A DNA stretch of 64,000 nucleotides from an uncultured Chloroflexia bacterium (GTDB taxonomy: Bacteria; Chloroflexota; Limnocylindria; Limnocylindrales; CSP1-4): contig CAVQIZ010000001.1 in assembly GCA_963712735.1 (NCBI GenBank), positions 23,111-87,110 of the forward strand, read 5' to 3'. The notes below the pieces were generated by a model. The model worked only from the letters and a program-made list of their open reading frames with translations. It searched no databases and was not told the origin of the DNA. This document shows, in pieces, positions 31,141 to 41,597 of this stretch. The first letter of the stretch is position 1; each line of letters starts with the position of its first letter. The translations under genes and the position numbers were made by a program.

Positions 31141-31941
31141 ATGCGCCGTGCGGCCGCCGCGATGCCGGCCGGGCTGCCGGGGACCATCGGCCGGATGCCG
31201 TATCGGCTGCAGATGGCCGGCGGCTGGATCGACCAGCCGTTCGTGTCGCGGCACCTTCCCGAGCCACCCGGCTCGATGGTGGTGGTCTCGCTGCTGCCGA
31301 CGGTGCGCTACATGGATCGCAGCGGCATGGCCACCGGAACACGTGTCGTGGCGCAGGCGCTGTGGGGCGACGAGCTACCCGACCGGCCGGCGGCAGACCT
31401 GGTGCGCGAGCTGTATCGCGCCGAGAACGAGGGGCGCCACGACCCCTCGGGATCACAGGACATGTGCGGCATCGTCTACCCCGGCATCAGCCGGCTCGAC
31501 TACGACGCGGCCATCGACGGAGGCTGGTTCCCGGCCCACGTCGAATCGACGTCGGACCCGCAGGTCGTGGCCTGGCTGGAGCGGGTCATCCACCTGGTGC
31601 CCGTCGGGGGCCGGCCACCGGGCTACGATCCGCTCGGCGTCAAGCGTCTCGACCCTGCCTGGATCGCGCGGCTGGGGGCCAGCGGGCAGGCCTGCTACGA
31701 GGCCGTCGTCGCCATGGACCTCGACGCGCTGGGAGCGTCGCTCAACGAATGCGCACGCGCGTGGGACGCCATCCTGCCCCAGGTCTACGAGCACCCCGCC
31801 ATCAGCATCGACCTGCGCAGCCTGCTGACTGCCTACGCCGCCTACCCGGGCGCGATGTTCTCCGGCTGCGGCGGCGGCTACGTCATCGTCGCGTCCGACG
31901 AGGCGCCCCCCGGCTCGGCCGGCATCGCCATCCGCGCATGA
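31141..31941 (+). CDS. Divergent GHMP-kinase-like protein (sugar kinase)
   Basis: PYRLQMAGGWID (cf. PxRIxxxGGxxD), RSGMATGT P-loop variant, SGSQD, FSGCGGGY. Confidence 0.6.
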   Translation: MRRAAAAMPAGLPGTIGRMPYRLQMAGGWIDQPFVSRHLPEPPGSMVVVSLLPTVRYMDRSGMATGTRVVAQALWGDELPDRPAADLVRELYRAENEGRHDPSGSQDMCGIVYPGISRLDYDAAIDGGWFPAHVESTSDPQVVAWLERVIHLVPVGGRPPGYDPLGVKRLDPAWIARLGASGQACYEAVVAMDLDALGASLNECARAWDAILPQVYEHPAISIDLRSLLTAYAAYPGAMFSGCGGGYVIVASDEAPPGSAGIAIRA

Positions 31942-32754
31942 GCGGGACACGCGTCGTCGTCGAGGCTGACCTCGACGATCTGCGATCGGCCGATGTCCGC
32001 TTCCTGCAGGAGGCGGCCAGCCGCGGACCGCTGCACGTGCGCGTTCCCACGGACCGCCTCGTGGCGCGACTCACCGGTTCGCCGCCGCGGTTCCCGGCGG
32101 CAGAGCGGCTGTTCCTGGCGCAGTCGATCCGCTGGGTGACGAGCGCGGCCCTCGTGGAGCGCCCGGTGGGCGAGGACCTCGCCGAGCTGGCCGCTGCAGG
32201 CCAGGTGCTCGTCGAGCGTGAGGAGCGCGCTGATGCCGCCCTGCGCGAGGCCGCCCGTGCGGCTGCCGTGCCCTACGCGCTCGTGCTCCCGGCCGACCGG
32301 TCCGGGTTCCCCGTGTGGGACCCACCACGATCGCCACCGGAGGTGCCGCGCGTCGTCGTCACCGGCTGCTTCGACTGGCTGCACTCCGGCCACCTGCGCT
32401 TCTTCATGGACGCGGCCGCGTACGGCGCGCTCTACGTGGTGGTCGGAAGCGATCGCAACGTGGCGCTGCTCAAGGGTGAGGGGCATCCCCTGCAACGCGA
32501 GGAGGAGCGGCGCTACATGATCGGTTCCATGCGCACGGTCCACGCGTGCCTCGTCTCGACGGGCTCCGGCTGGATGGACGCGGAGCCGGAGATCGACCTC
32601 ATCAGGCCCACGCACCTACGTCGTCAACGAGGATGGCGACAAGCCCGAGAAGCGCGAGTTCTGTGCTGCGCACGGCATCGAGTACGTCGTCCTGCGGCGT
32701 GTCCCCCACGCGGGGCTGCCCGCTCGCTCCAGCACCGACCTGCGCGGCTTCTAG
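31938..32754 (+). CDS. Tandem-domain cytidylyl/adenylyltransferase family protein (frameshift near 32612)
   Basis: Degenerate N-domain (DLDDLRSADVRFL...ERL) plus intact TGCFDWLHSGHLRF HxGH domain; ends RSSTDLRGF. Confidence 0.78.
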
Positions 32755-32767
32755 GCAGGATCCGCTG

Positions 32768-33785
32768 GTGCCCACGCTCATCGACGTCGCCAGGCGTGCC
32801 GGCGTCTCACCCATGACCGTATCGCGGGTGGTGCACGGATCGCCGCTCGTGAGCGCCGCCATGCGGGCCCGCGTGGAGCAGGCCCTCGTCGAGACCGGCT
32901 ACATGCCCAATACGCTCGCGCGCAGCCTGCGCTCCAAGCGCACGGACACCATCGCGCTGCTGTTGCCGGACATGACGAACCCGTTCTTCACCGCGCTCGC
33001 CCAGGGCGTCGAGACGGCGGCCCGCGACGCCAGGGTCAGCATGATCCTGGCCAACAGCGACGAGGACGAGGACGAGGAGCTGCGGCTCATCCGGGTGCTG
33101 CTGCAGCGACAGGTCGATGGCCTGCTGGTCATCCCCAGCGGTTCTGGCCAGGGTGCGATCAGGCTGTGCGCGGAGCAGGGCGTGAGCCTCGTGTGCCTGG
33201 ACCGACGGCCGGAGCAGCCCGACGTGGACGTCGTCCGCGCCGATGCGGAGGCGGGCTCGCTGGAGCTGGGGCGACTCCTCGTGGGGCTGGGCCACCGACA
33301 CATGGCCATGCTCTCGGGGCCGGCCTCCGTGCCCACCGCCCGCGATCGCGCTGCCGGCTTCCGCCGCGCGGTCGTGGATGAGGCCGGCCTGCCGGAACCG
33401 CGCCTGCTGGAAGGGTCGTTCAGCATCGAGAGCGGCCGGGCCATGACGCTCGAGGTGATGGCCACCGAACCCCGGCCGACGGCGCTGTTCGCGGCCAACA
33501 ACTTCATCGCCATCGGGGTGCTGCACGCCCTCCGGGAGCTCGCCCTCGCGGTGCCCGAGGATGTCGCCGTGGTCGGCTTCGACGACCTGCCCGAGGCCAT
33601 GGTCACCTTCCCCTTCCTGACCGTCGCTGCGCAGCCAGCAGCCGAGATCGGCCGCCGGGCCGTGGCCATGCTGCGAGAGCGGATGGAGGATCCAGCTGGC
33701 CCCGTCCGCGAGATCATCCTGCCCACGCGCATCGTGGTGCGACAGTCCAGTGGTGGCCCGCTCCCGGCAGCGCCGGAAGCGCTAG
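32768..33785 (+). CDS. LacI family transcriptional regulator (3' end approximate)
   Basis: TLIDVARRAGVSPMTVSRV, GYMPNTLARSL, NPFF, VVGFDD; in-frame stop missing, nearest plausible TAG at 33783-33785. Confidence 0.88.
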
Positions 33786-33826
33786 CAGGCCGCCGACGGA
33801 GCGTCAGGCGGCCGACTGCTGCAGCG

Positions 33827-34570
33827 TCAGGCGGGCACCGCCTTGATCACGCCCTCGTCGTAGCTCATCACCAGCCGCTCGCCCGGCTGCACCACCAGGA
33901 AGTCGTCGTCCCACTCGCCGTCGAGCAGGCGCCCGATGAGCGTGAGGTCGGACAGCACCGACTCGAAGCGCCAGCCGCGCAGCTCCGACTCCTGGCGCGC
34001 CCGGCGCTGCGCCTCGTCATCCGGCGCCAGCCCCGTCTCGAGGAAGGCTCCGCGCTCGTAGTGCGACTGCCACTCGCCGAGCGCCTCCATCAGGTAGTCG
34101 GCGTTCTCCTTGCCGTACTTGGCCACGTACTCCTCGTAGGTGGCGTTGACACCGTCGGAGCGGCTGGAGTCGCCCAGCTGCCAGCCCTTCAGCGCATCAC
34201 CGCGCTTGACGTTGTCCTCGGTGAACCAGTAGGTCCCCGGCGTGGTCCGATGCTCCTCCTCGTAGCGCTCGCGACTGCCCAGGAAGATGGTGGCGCAGTC
34301 GTGGGCACGGGGCAGCACGAGGGGTCGACTACGGGCGACCAGGCCAGCCGTCGCGCCGCCGCAGAGCCCGTAGCCCAGCAGGATGGCGTCCGCCTCCGGG
34401 TCGGTCGCCTCGATGCGATCGATCTCCTCCTGCAGGCGATCACGCAGCGGCAGCGGCTCCACGTGCAGCGAGGCAGAGAGGTCGGAGACCACGATCTCGT
34501 GCGGCGAGCTGGCGGCCAGGTGCTCGACCGGCAGCATGAGCATGTCGCAGGTGATGAGCTGAAATCGCAT
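33827..34570 (-). CDS. DUF1638 family protein
   Basis: LITC, SLHVEP..LRDRLQ, LGYGLCGG, PRAHDCATIFLGS, YVAKYG.ENA, GEWDDDFLVV. Confidence 0.8.
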   Translation of the reverse strand: MRFQLITCDMLMLPVEHLAASSPHEIVVSDLSASLHVEPLPLRDRLQEEIDRIEATDPEADAILLGYGLCGGATAGLVARSRPLVLPRAHDCATIFLGSRERYEEEHRTTPGTYWFTEDNVKRGDALKGWQLGDSSRSDGVNATYEEYVAKYGKENADYLMEALGEWQSHYERGAFLETGLAPDDEAQRRARQESELRGWRFESVLSDLTLIGRLLDGEWDDDFLVVQPGERLVMSYDEGVIKAVPA

Positions 34571-34585
34571 GTCGTGCCTCCGTGC

Positions 34586-35278
34586 CTAGCTGGCGACCGC
34601 CAGCACCTCGGGATGGATGAGGCCCTCGAACGTGGTCCTGCCCCGAGCGGTGTCCACGACCGCCTTGGCCACTCCCACCGCGGCCGCCGCATCGGGCGCC
34701 CAGCCGTCCGCCCCGATCTCGTTGGCGAACTCCAGCGTGACCGGGGCGCCCCCGATGATGACGCGCAGGTGGGGCAGGTCGTCAGCCGCCCGGACCGCCT
34801 CCACCACGCCGCGCATGTTGCCCATGGTGGTGGTCAGCAGGGCGCTGCAGCCGATGAGGTCCGCCTCGTGCTCGCGCGCGGCGGCCAGGAACTCCTCCGC
34901 GCTGGTGTTGGTGCCCAGGTCCACGATCTTGAAGTTGGCGCCTTTCAGCATCATCGCCACCAGGTTCTTGCCGATGTCGTGGAGGTCGCCCTTGATGGTG
35001 CCCAGCACGGCCACCTTGTCCGGCTTGTGCCCGGATCCGACCAGCAGCGGCTCCAGCAGCACCACGGCGCCCTTCATGGCGCGGGCACTGATGAGCATCT
35101 CCGGCACGAAGATCTCCTGCCGGCTGAAGCGGTCGCCGATGACGCCCATCGCGTCGGTCATGGGCTCCAGGATGTCCAGCGGTGCGATGCCCTCGTCGAT
35201 GGCCGCCTGCGTGATCTCGATCGCAACGTCGCGATCGCCCGCCTCGACGGCCGCCTGCAGGCGCTTCAGCTCTGCCAT
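34586..35278 (-). CDS. Corrinoid (B12-binding) protein, MtaC/MtbC-like
   Basis: Four-helix cap (EIFVPEMLISARAM) and GDLHDIGKNLV...SALLTTTM...IIGGAPV. Confidence 0.93.
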   Translation of the reverse strand: MAELKRLQAAVEAGDRDVAIEITQAAIDEGIAPLDILEPMTDAMGVIGDRFSRQEIFVPEMLISARAMKGAVVLLEPLLVGSGHKPDKVAVLGTIKGDLHDIGKNLVAMMLKGANFKIVDLGTNTSAEEFLAAAREHEADLIGCSALLTTTMGNMRGVVEAVRAADDLPHLRVIIGGAPVTLEFANEIGADGWAPDAAAAVGVAKAVVDTARGRTTFEGLIHPEVLAVAS

Positions 35279-35323
35279 CCATCCTCCTCCGGGGGCTGCG
35301 TTCGATCGGGACCCCTGCAGAGC

Positions 35324-36209
35324 CTAGTAGTTCTTGCCCGGATGCATCACGACGGAGCTGCCCAGGTCATCGACCTGTCCCACGGGTGCGACCTCCCATG
35401 CGCCCCGACTGGATGACGCGATCAAGGAACTGGCGTGTGCGTGGCTCCTGAGGATCTCCGAAGATATCGCGCGGGTGGGCCCTCCTCGAGGATCTGGCCT
35501 GCGTCCAGGAAGCAGACGCGGTCGGCGATGTCGCCGGCGAAGCCCATCTCGTGGGTGGCGATGATCATGGTCATGCCGGACTCGGCCAGCTCGCGGATGA
35601 CGTCGAGCACCTCGGCCACCAGCTCCGGGTCAAGAGCGCTGGTGATCTCGTCGAGCAGCAGCAGGTCCGGCTTCATGGCCAGCGCGCGCACGATCGCCAC
35701 GCGCTGCTGCTGTCCTCCGGAGAGGCGGTCGGGGTACTGGTCAGCCTTCTCGGACAGGCCGAAGCGTTGGAGCAGGCTCGATGGCCGCGGCCCGAGCCTG
35801 TTCCTTGTCGAGCTTGAGCACCTTGCGCGGCGCCAGCGTGACGTTGTCGATCACGCTCATGTGCGGGAAGAGGTTGTAGGCCTGGAAGACGATGCCGATG
35901 CGCCGACGGATGATGTCGATCTTGACGCCGCGGGCGGTGATCTCCTCGCCCTCGACGATGACGCGACCGGAGTCGATCGGCTCGAGGAGGTTGACGCAGC
36001 GCAGCAGCGTCGACTTGCCCGAGCCAGAGGCTCCGATGAGGCAGACGACCTCGTGCTCGGCAACGACGAGGTCGATCCCCTTGAGCACCTGCAGCTCACC
36101 GAACGACTTGTGCAGGCCCTCGATGCGGACGGCTTCCTTGCCCAGGCGTGCGGCCCGATGCGCCGGTGCCGTAGCTGGAGGCACTCACCGTCATGGCTGT
36201 GTCGCTCAT
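35324..36209 (-). CDS. Polar amino acid ABC ATP-binding protein (frameshifted)
   Basis: [42 protein letters not shown]. Confidence 0.88.
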
Positions 36210-37097
36210 CGAGCGCCCGCCACCTGGCGACGACGGTCGCGCGCGACCAGCCAGTCGACGAAGCGGGCCATCGGGATGGTCAGCACCAGGAAGATCATCG
36301 CGGTCGACGAGGTAAGGCGTGAAGTTGAAGGTGGCGGCGTTGTGCGATCTGCGCCCGTCGGAAGGTCTCGATGGGACCGATGAACGCGATCAGTGCCGTG
36401 TCCTTCATCAGGCCGATGAAGTCGTTGAGCAGGGGCGGGATGACGCGACGCACGGCCTGCGGCAGGACCACGTAGCGCATCGACTGGAACGCGGAGAGGC
36501 CCAGCGAACGCGCCGCGGCGTTCTGGCTCGGATGCACCGACTCGATACCGGAGCGGTACACCTCCGCCACGTAGGCGCTCCACACCATGGTCAGCGCGAC
36601 GACGGCCCACACGAACGGATCCTTGGAAACGCCCGGGATGTTCAGCGTCGGGATGCCCAGGCCGAGCATGTAGATGACCAGGATGCTGGGCAGCCCGCGC
36701 ATGATGTCGATGTAGGCCACGGCTGCCAATCGGACCGGGAAGAAGAGCGGGCTCTTCAGGCCGCGCAAGACGGCCAGCACAAGGCCACCGATGAGGATGA
36801 GCACCTCGGCACTGAGGAAGAGCCGCACGTTCAGCACGAACGCGCGACGTGATCTCCGGCAAACGGTCCAGGAACACGTCGCCGTCGAGGAACGCCTTCT
36901 GGAACTTGGGCCAACCGGCTGCGTTCACGGCGAGGAAACCCGACGACGGCCAACACGATGATCGTGCTGGCCGTCGCGATGACGAGCGCGGTCAGGCGCG
37001 GCCATCGTTGCGCCGGAGCTGCTGATGGCCTGACGGGCCCGCGAGAGCCGTGCGCGGGGTGAGCCGCTCACGGCCGGCCCGCGGACCGGTCGGTCAT
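36206..37097 (-). CDS. Amino acid ABC permease (frameshifted)
   Basis: YIDIMRGLP, AYVAEVYRSGI, VVLPQA, MKDT. Confidence 0.85.
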
Positions 37098-38050
37098 TCG
37101 AAGGTCGGGATGTCCTGCGCGGAGGCGATCTCGCGGTCGAAGATCTCCTGGAGCTCCCCGGAGTCCCTGACGACGGCAAGCGCCTCGTTGACACACTCGA
37201 CCAGCGGGCTGCCCTTCTCGAGCACCATGCCCATCTGGTCGCTCTGAGCAGAGACGCTGAACTGGCCCACGATGGTGCCTTCGGGCTCCGGCGTATCCCA
37301 GTCCTCCATCTGCGCGTCGCGCATGTAGAAGGCGGTATTGAGGTCGACGACCAAGCCGTCGACGAGGCCGCTCTCCAGCGCCTGCCGGGCGGCGGAGTTG
37401 TCGTTGAAGACCTGAGGCTCGGTGTTGGGCTGGATGTACTCCTCGATGAGTTGCAGGCTGGTGGTGCCCACGGCGGCGCCAAGCGTCAGGTCCTTGAGCT
37501 CCTCGACGGTCGTTGCTCCGATGATCTTGTCGTTGGCGGTCATCGCCAGGAGCGACTGATTGGCGTCGAAGTACGGATCGGAGAAGTCGATGTTCTCGGC
37601 TCGGTCAGGCCGGATCGAGATCTGAGCCATGTGCCAGTCGAACGGCTTCTCGCCAGGGGCAAAGGCCAGCTCGAAGACGGTGTTCTGCACCCAGTCCACC
37701 TGGTCAGGGCCGAAGCCGAGCGCTGCCGCCACGGCATAGGCTGTCGCGGACTCGTAGCCCTCACCCGAGTAGGGGTCGCTGACTTCCCAGCCGCTACCCG
37801 CTTCGGGTTCGTTCGGATACTGGATGTCCGGATCGCCGCCCCACCAGGGCGGATACGCCGGGATGTCCGTGCTGAGCGTCAGGCGCCCGGGGTTCTTGAG
37901 CATGTCGCCGAGGTTGGCCGCCTGGCACGCCTCGCTGACGGTGGCCATCGCCTCGTCGTCCTGGGCGAGAGCGGCCAGCGGGCTGGCGACCAGCGCAAGG
38001 CTGGCAGCGCCGAGGGCGAGCACGCTCGCACGCCTGCGGTTGTCGGACAT
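37094..38050 (-). CDS. Amino acid ABC substrate-binding protein
   Basis: Signal peptide ending ALAQD; PAYPPW, ISIRPDRAENIDFSDPY, GTTS. Confidence 0.88.
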   Translation of the reverse strand: MSDNRRRASVLALGAASLALVASPLAALAQDDEAMATVSEACQAANLGDMLKNPGRLTLSTDIPAYPPWWGGDPDIQYPNEPEAGSGWEVSDPYSGEGYESATAYAVAAALGFGPDQVDWVQNTVFELAFAPGEKPFDWHMAQISIRPDRAENIDFSDPYFDANQSLLAMTANDKIIGATTVEELKDLTLGAAVGTTSLQLIEEYIQPNTEPQVFNDNSAARQALESGLVDGLVVDLNTAFYMRDAQMEDWDTPEPEGTIVGQFSVSAQSDQMGMVLEKGSPLVECVNEALAVVRDSGELQEIFDREIASAQDIPTFE

Positions 38051-38135
38051 GTAGGACACTCCTCCTGCTTCCTGGACGGGAGCCAATAGTCCCACAGCCG
38101 AGCAAGGAACGCGGTCCCGTGCCAGCATTCAGGAC

Positions 38136-38873
38136 GTGATCGACCCCAGTGCGCCGTTGGGCTATCCGGACCCGCTGCGACAGCCTGGTCGGCGGCCGCC
38201 GCAGTCCGCAGCGAACCAGCCGTTGCCGCCAGCGACGCCCAGCGGGTCACCGCCACCCGTCCACAGGCCGCCGACCCCGGGGGCCTACCCACCACCGGGC
38301 GGCCCGCCGTACCCGGGGCCCCCGGGTGGCCTGCCGCCACCGCCGATGGGCTATCCGCCGTATTCCTCGCCGCCACCGGCGGCTCGCAGGAAGCGTGCAC
38401 CGCGCCGCGATCCCGGCGGCCTGGTGGCGGGGCTCGTCATCGCCGGTATCGGCCTCTTCTTCCTCGCCGGACAGCTGGAGCCGGACATCGGCCGCTTCGT
38501 CACGCTCTTCATCGGGCTGGCCCTGCTGGCGGTGTTCGTGGTTCGCCGCGAATACGGCTTCCTGGTGCCCGGCTCCATCCTCACCGGTGTCGGCATCGGC
38601 ATCGTGCTCGACTCGGCGGCCAGCGGCGAGGCTGAGAGCGGCGTGATGATGCTGGCCATCGCCGGCGGCTTCCTGGGGATCTGGGTCATCGGCTCCATCT
38701 ACCGGCTGCCCCAGAACCACTGGTGGCCGCTCATCCCGGGCGGCATCCTGACGCTCATCGGCCTGGTCCAGCTGACCCGTACCGACGTCGCCGGCGCGCT
38801 GCGGCTGTGGCCCGTCATCCTCATCGTGCTGGGCGCATTCGTGCTGGCCAAGGCCATCACCCGCCGCGACTGA
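38136..38873 (+). CDS. Membrane protein with Pro-rich N-terminus (LiaF/DUF5668-like repeats)
   Basis: About six TM segments, WWPLIPG, LWPVILIVLG. Confidence 0.7.
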   Translation: MIDPSAPLGYPDPLRQPGRRPPQSAANQPLPPATPSGSPPPVHRPPTPGAYPPPGGPPYPGPPGGLPPPPMGYPPYSSPPPAARRKRAPRRDPGGLVAGLVIAGIGLFFLAGQLEPDIGRFVTLFIGLALLAVFVVRREYGFLVPGSILTGVGIGIVLDSAASGEAESGVMMLAIAGGFLGIWVIGSIYRLPQNHWWPLIPGGILTLIGLVQLTRTDVAGALRLWPVILIVLGAFVLAKAITRRD

Positions 38874-38936
38874 CTGGCACTGCGACGCACGCGACCTCCA
38901 CGCAGCGCGACCACCGGTCGCGCCTTGTCCATCCAA

Positions 38937-41536
38937 CTACGAGATCGGTGGCAGCTCCTGCGGGTCCGCGAGGACGCCGGCGAAGAGGTCACCACGCTCG
39001 GCGACGCGCTCGATGATGCTGTGCATGTCCCAGCGCTGCGGGCCAAGGGCCGGGTCCTCCAGCTCGTCCCAGGTGATGGGTGCCGATACCGCGGCCGCGG
39101 GGACCGGTCGCACCGCGTACGGCGCCACGAGGGTCTTGATGGGCGAGTTCTGCGTGTAGTCGAGGCGTGCGCGACCTCCACGCTCGGCCTTGCACCACTC
39201 CCACGACACCAGCTCCGGGACGACCGCTCCCACGCCCCGCGACAGGGCGCCGACCCAGTCGCGCGTCTGATCGAAGGTGTAGCGCGGCTGCACGTGGATC
39301 CAGACCTGCACGCCGCGCGACCCGGTGACCTTGGGGAAGCCCTGCACGCCGAGATGGCCCAGCGCCGTGCGATACAGGCGCGCCAGCGTGAGCACCTGCT
39401 CCCACGTCGTTTCCGTCCCCGGGATCGATGTCGATGTAGGCGTACGTGGGACGCCGGTACTCCGGCAGCCGGCTGGTCCAGGGGTGCAGGTCGATGGCCG
39501 CCTGGTTGGCCAGCCAGGCGAGCGTGGCCACGTGGTCGGCCACGACGTAGGTATGTGACTGCGAGCGGCCGGCCTCGGGGTGGTCCCAGCGAGCCACCCA
39601 GTCGGGCGCGTGCGAGGGAATCTGCTTCTGCCAGAAGCCGGGCTTGCCATCCACCCCGTCGGGCCAGCGATGCACGTTGAGCGGCCGCTCGCGCAGGTAG
39701 GGCAGGATGGCCGGCGCGATGGTCGTGTAGTAGCGCACCAGGTCGCGCTTGGTATAGCCCGACTGTGGGAACAGCACCTTGTCGAGGTTCGTGAGCTGCA
39801 ACCGTCGTCCGCCGATCTCCCAGGTCCCGCCGCCCTCGAGCGCATCAAGCGCCGCCAGCTCTGCCTCCGTCGCCGCGTCGGGGCTCGCGCCCGCTCCCAC
39901 GCGGCCTCCGGGAGCGTGCATCGCGGGTCGCTCGCGCGAGACGGTCGCCGGCTCCCGGCCCGGGTCGCGACCCTTGTACACCGCCTGCCGCAGCAGCCCG
40001 TCGGGCGTCCACTCCGCGAACCCGGCACGGATCACGTGGCGTGGCTCGGTATAGCGCGCACTCGTCGAAGGCGGCACACCGCTCGCGGGCGCCGTGGGCA
40101 CGGGATCCTGCTCGATCAGCTCGCGCCACTCGGCGCGAGTGGCGGCGTCCATGCCGCTGCCGACATGCCCGGCGAAGCGCCACCCGTCCGACTCGTGGGT
40201 AGCCAGCAGCAGCGACCCGAGGTCGGCGTGGCTGCCACGCCCGGGCTCATAGCCGATGACGACCAGCTCCTGCTCGCGGCGTGCCTTCACCTTGAGCCAC
40301 TCGCGCGACCGCGAGCCAGGGGCGTAGCGGCTGCTGCGCCGCTTACCGATGCTGCCCTCGAGGCCTTGTGCGGCGACCGCGGCGGCGAAGTCCTCGCCAT
40401 GCTCCAGCACGTGGCTCACGTAGCGCACCGACGGGATGGCTGCGCAGCTGCAGCCGCAGCAGGCGCTTGCGCTCAAGGAGTGGCACGTCGAGCAGGCTCC
40501 AGCCGTCGAGGTGCAACAGGTCGAAGGTGTGATACACGAGCGTGCCGTTGCGGCGCTCGGCCGTCCCCTGGGGCAGGCGCTCGCGCCGCCGCACACCCAG
40601 CCCGCGCATGCCCGCGAGGTCCTGCAGCAGGCTGAAGTCGGGGCGGCCGTCGTCATCGAGCGCCACCATCTCACCATCCACGACGGCCTCGACGGCCCCG
40701 AGCCAGCGCTCGACGGGCAGTCCGCTGAAGTCCGGGAACCAGGCCGCGCCATCCTTGTGGTTGCGTGTCCAGGTCCTGCTGCCACCCTTGCCGACCACTG
40801 CCTGCAGTCGGTAGCCGTCCAGCTTGAGCTCGAACAGCCAGTCAGGGTCGCTGAAGGGCGCTCCCGTCGGCGTGGCCAGCATGGGTTCGATGAAATCCGG
40901 GCAGGGTGCCTTCCGCGCAGCCGAGAGGTCCAGGTCGCCGATGGATCGGTCGGGGCCCACCGGAGCGGCGATCTCGGCAGCGACCTCCTCGTTGGTGCGG
41001 CCGCTCAGCACAGACGTGGGATGGTCGTCGATGTCCCACCCGGCGTCGGCATGCGCGTCGTCCTTGTGGATCAGCAGCCAGTCCTCGCCGTCCTTCGCCC
41101 TGCCGGTACGTACCATGACGAACCGTCCCGCCAGGCGCGTGCCGTGAAGCACGAACTTGAGCTCGCCGGCCGCCACGCAGGCGGCAGGGTCGTCGGCCAG
41201 CTCCGGCCGCCACGCCCCGTGATCCCAGACGATGGCGTCGCCCCCACCGTACTCGCCGGCCGGGATGATGCCCTCGAAGTCCAGGTACTCGAGTGGGTGG
41301 TCCTCGGTCCGCGCAGCGCGGCGTTTCTCCAGCGGCCGCATGGACGGCCCCCGCGGGACGGCCCAGCTGACGAGCGTTCCACCGATCTCCAGGCGCACGT
41401 CGTAGTGGAGGCGGCTGGCTCGATGGCGCTGCACCACGAACCGCCGCAGCGACGGGATCTGCGGCGGGGCCAGGGCGCCCCGTGGCTCCGGCGTTCGTTC
41501 GAAGTCGCGCTTGCGCCAGTACTCATCGAGCGACAT
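38937..41536 (-). CDS. ligD: DNA ligase D (phosphoesterase-ligase-polymerase; two frameshifts)
   Basis: PE: YWRKRDFERTPEP, HRASRLHYDVRLE, SWAVPRGP; LIG: ELKLDGYR, WLKVK; POL: LTNLDKV, RWPDG, DIDP, TGSRG, APYAVR. Confidence 0.92.
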
Positions 41537-41597
41537 CGCGGAAGCCTAGCGGCCAACGACAGGCGGTGTCGACGCGATGCAGCCCAGTGAGAGGCCG

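Noticed and set aside
27358-35278. Wood-Ljungdahl pathway locus
   Set aside because: No CODH/ACS, AcsC/D, Fhs or FolD is in the window, and the corrinoid protein is the MtaC type, not CoFeSP
35279-35323. Cobalamin riboswitch upstream of the corrinoid gene
   Set aside because: The intergenic gap is only about 45 nt and shows no B12-box
32546-35416. 956-aa ORF suggesting a giant LacI fusion
   Set aside because: Beyond about 33785 it is the antisense shadow of the DUF1638 and corrinoid genes; the LacI stop was probably lost to an indel
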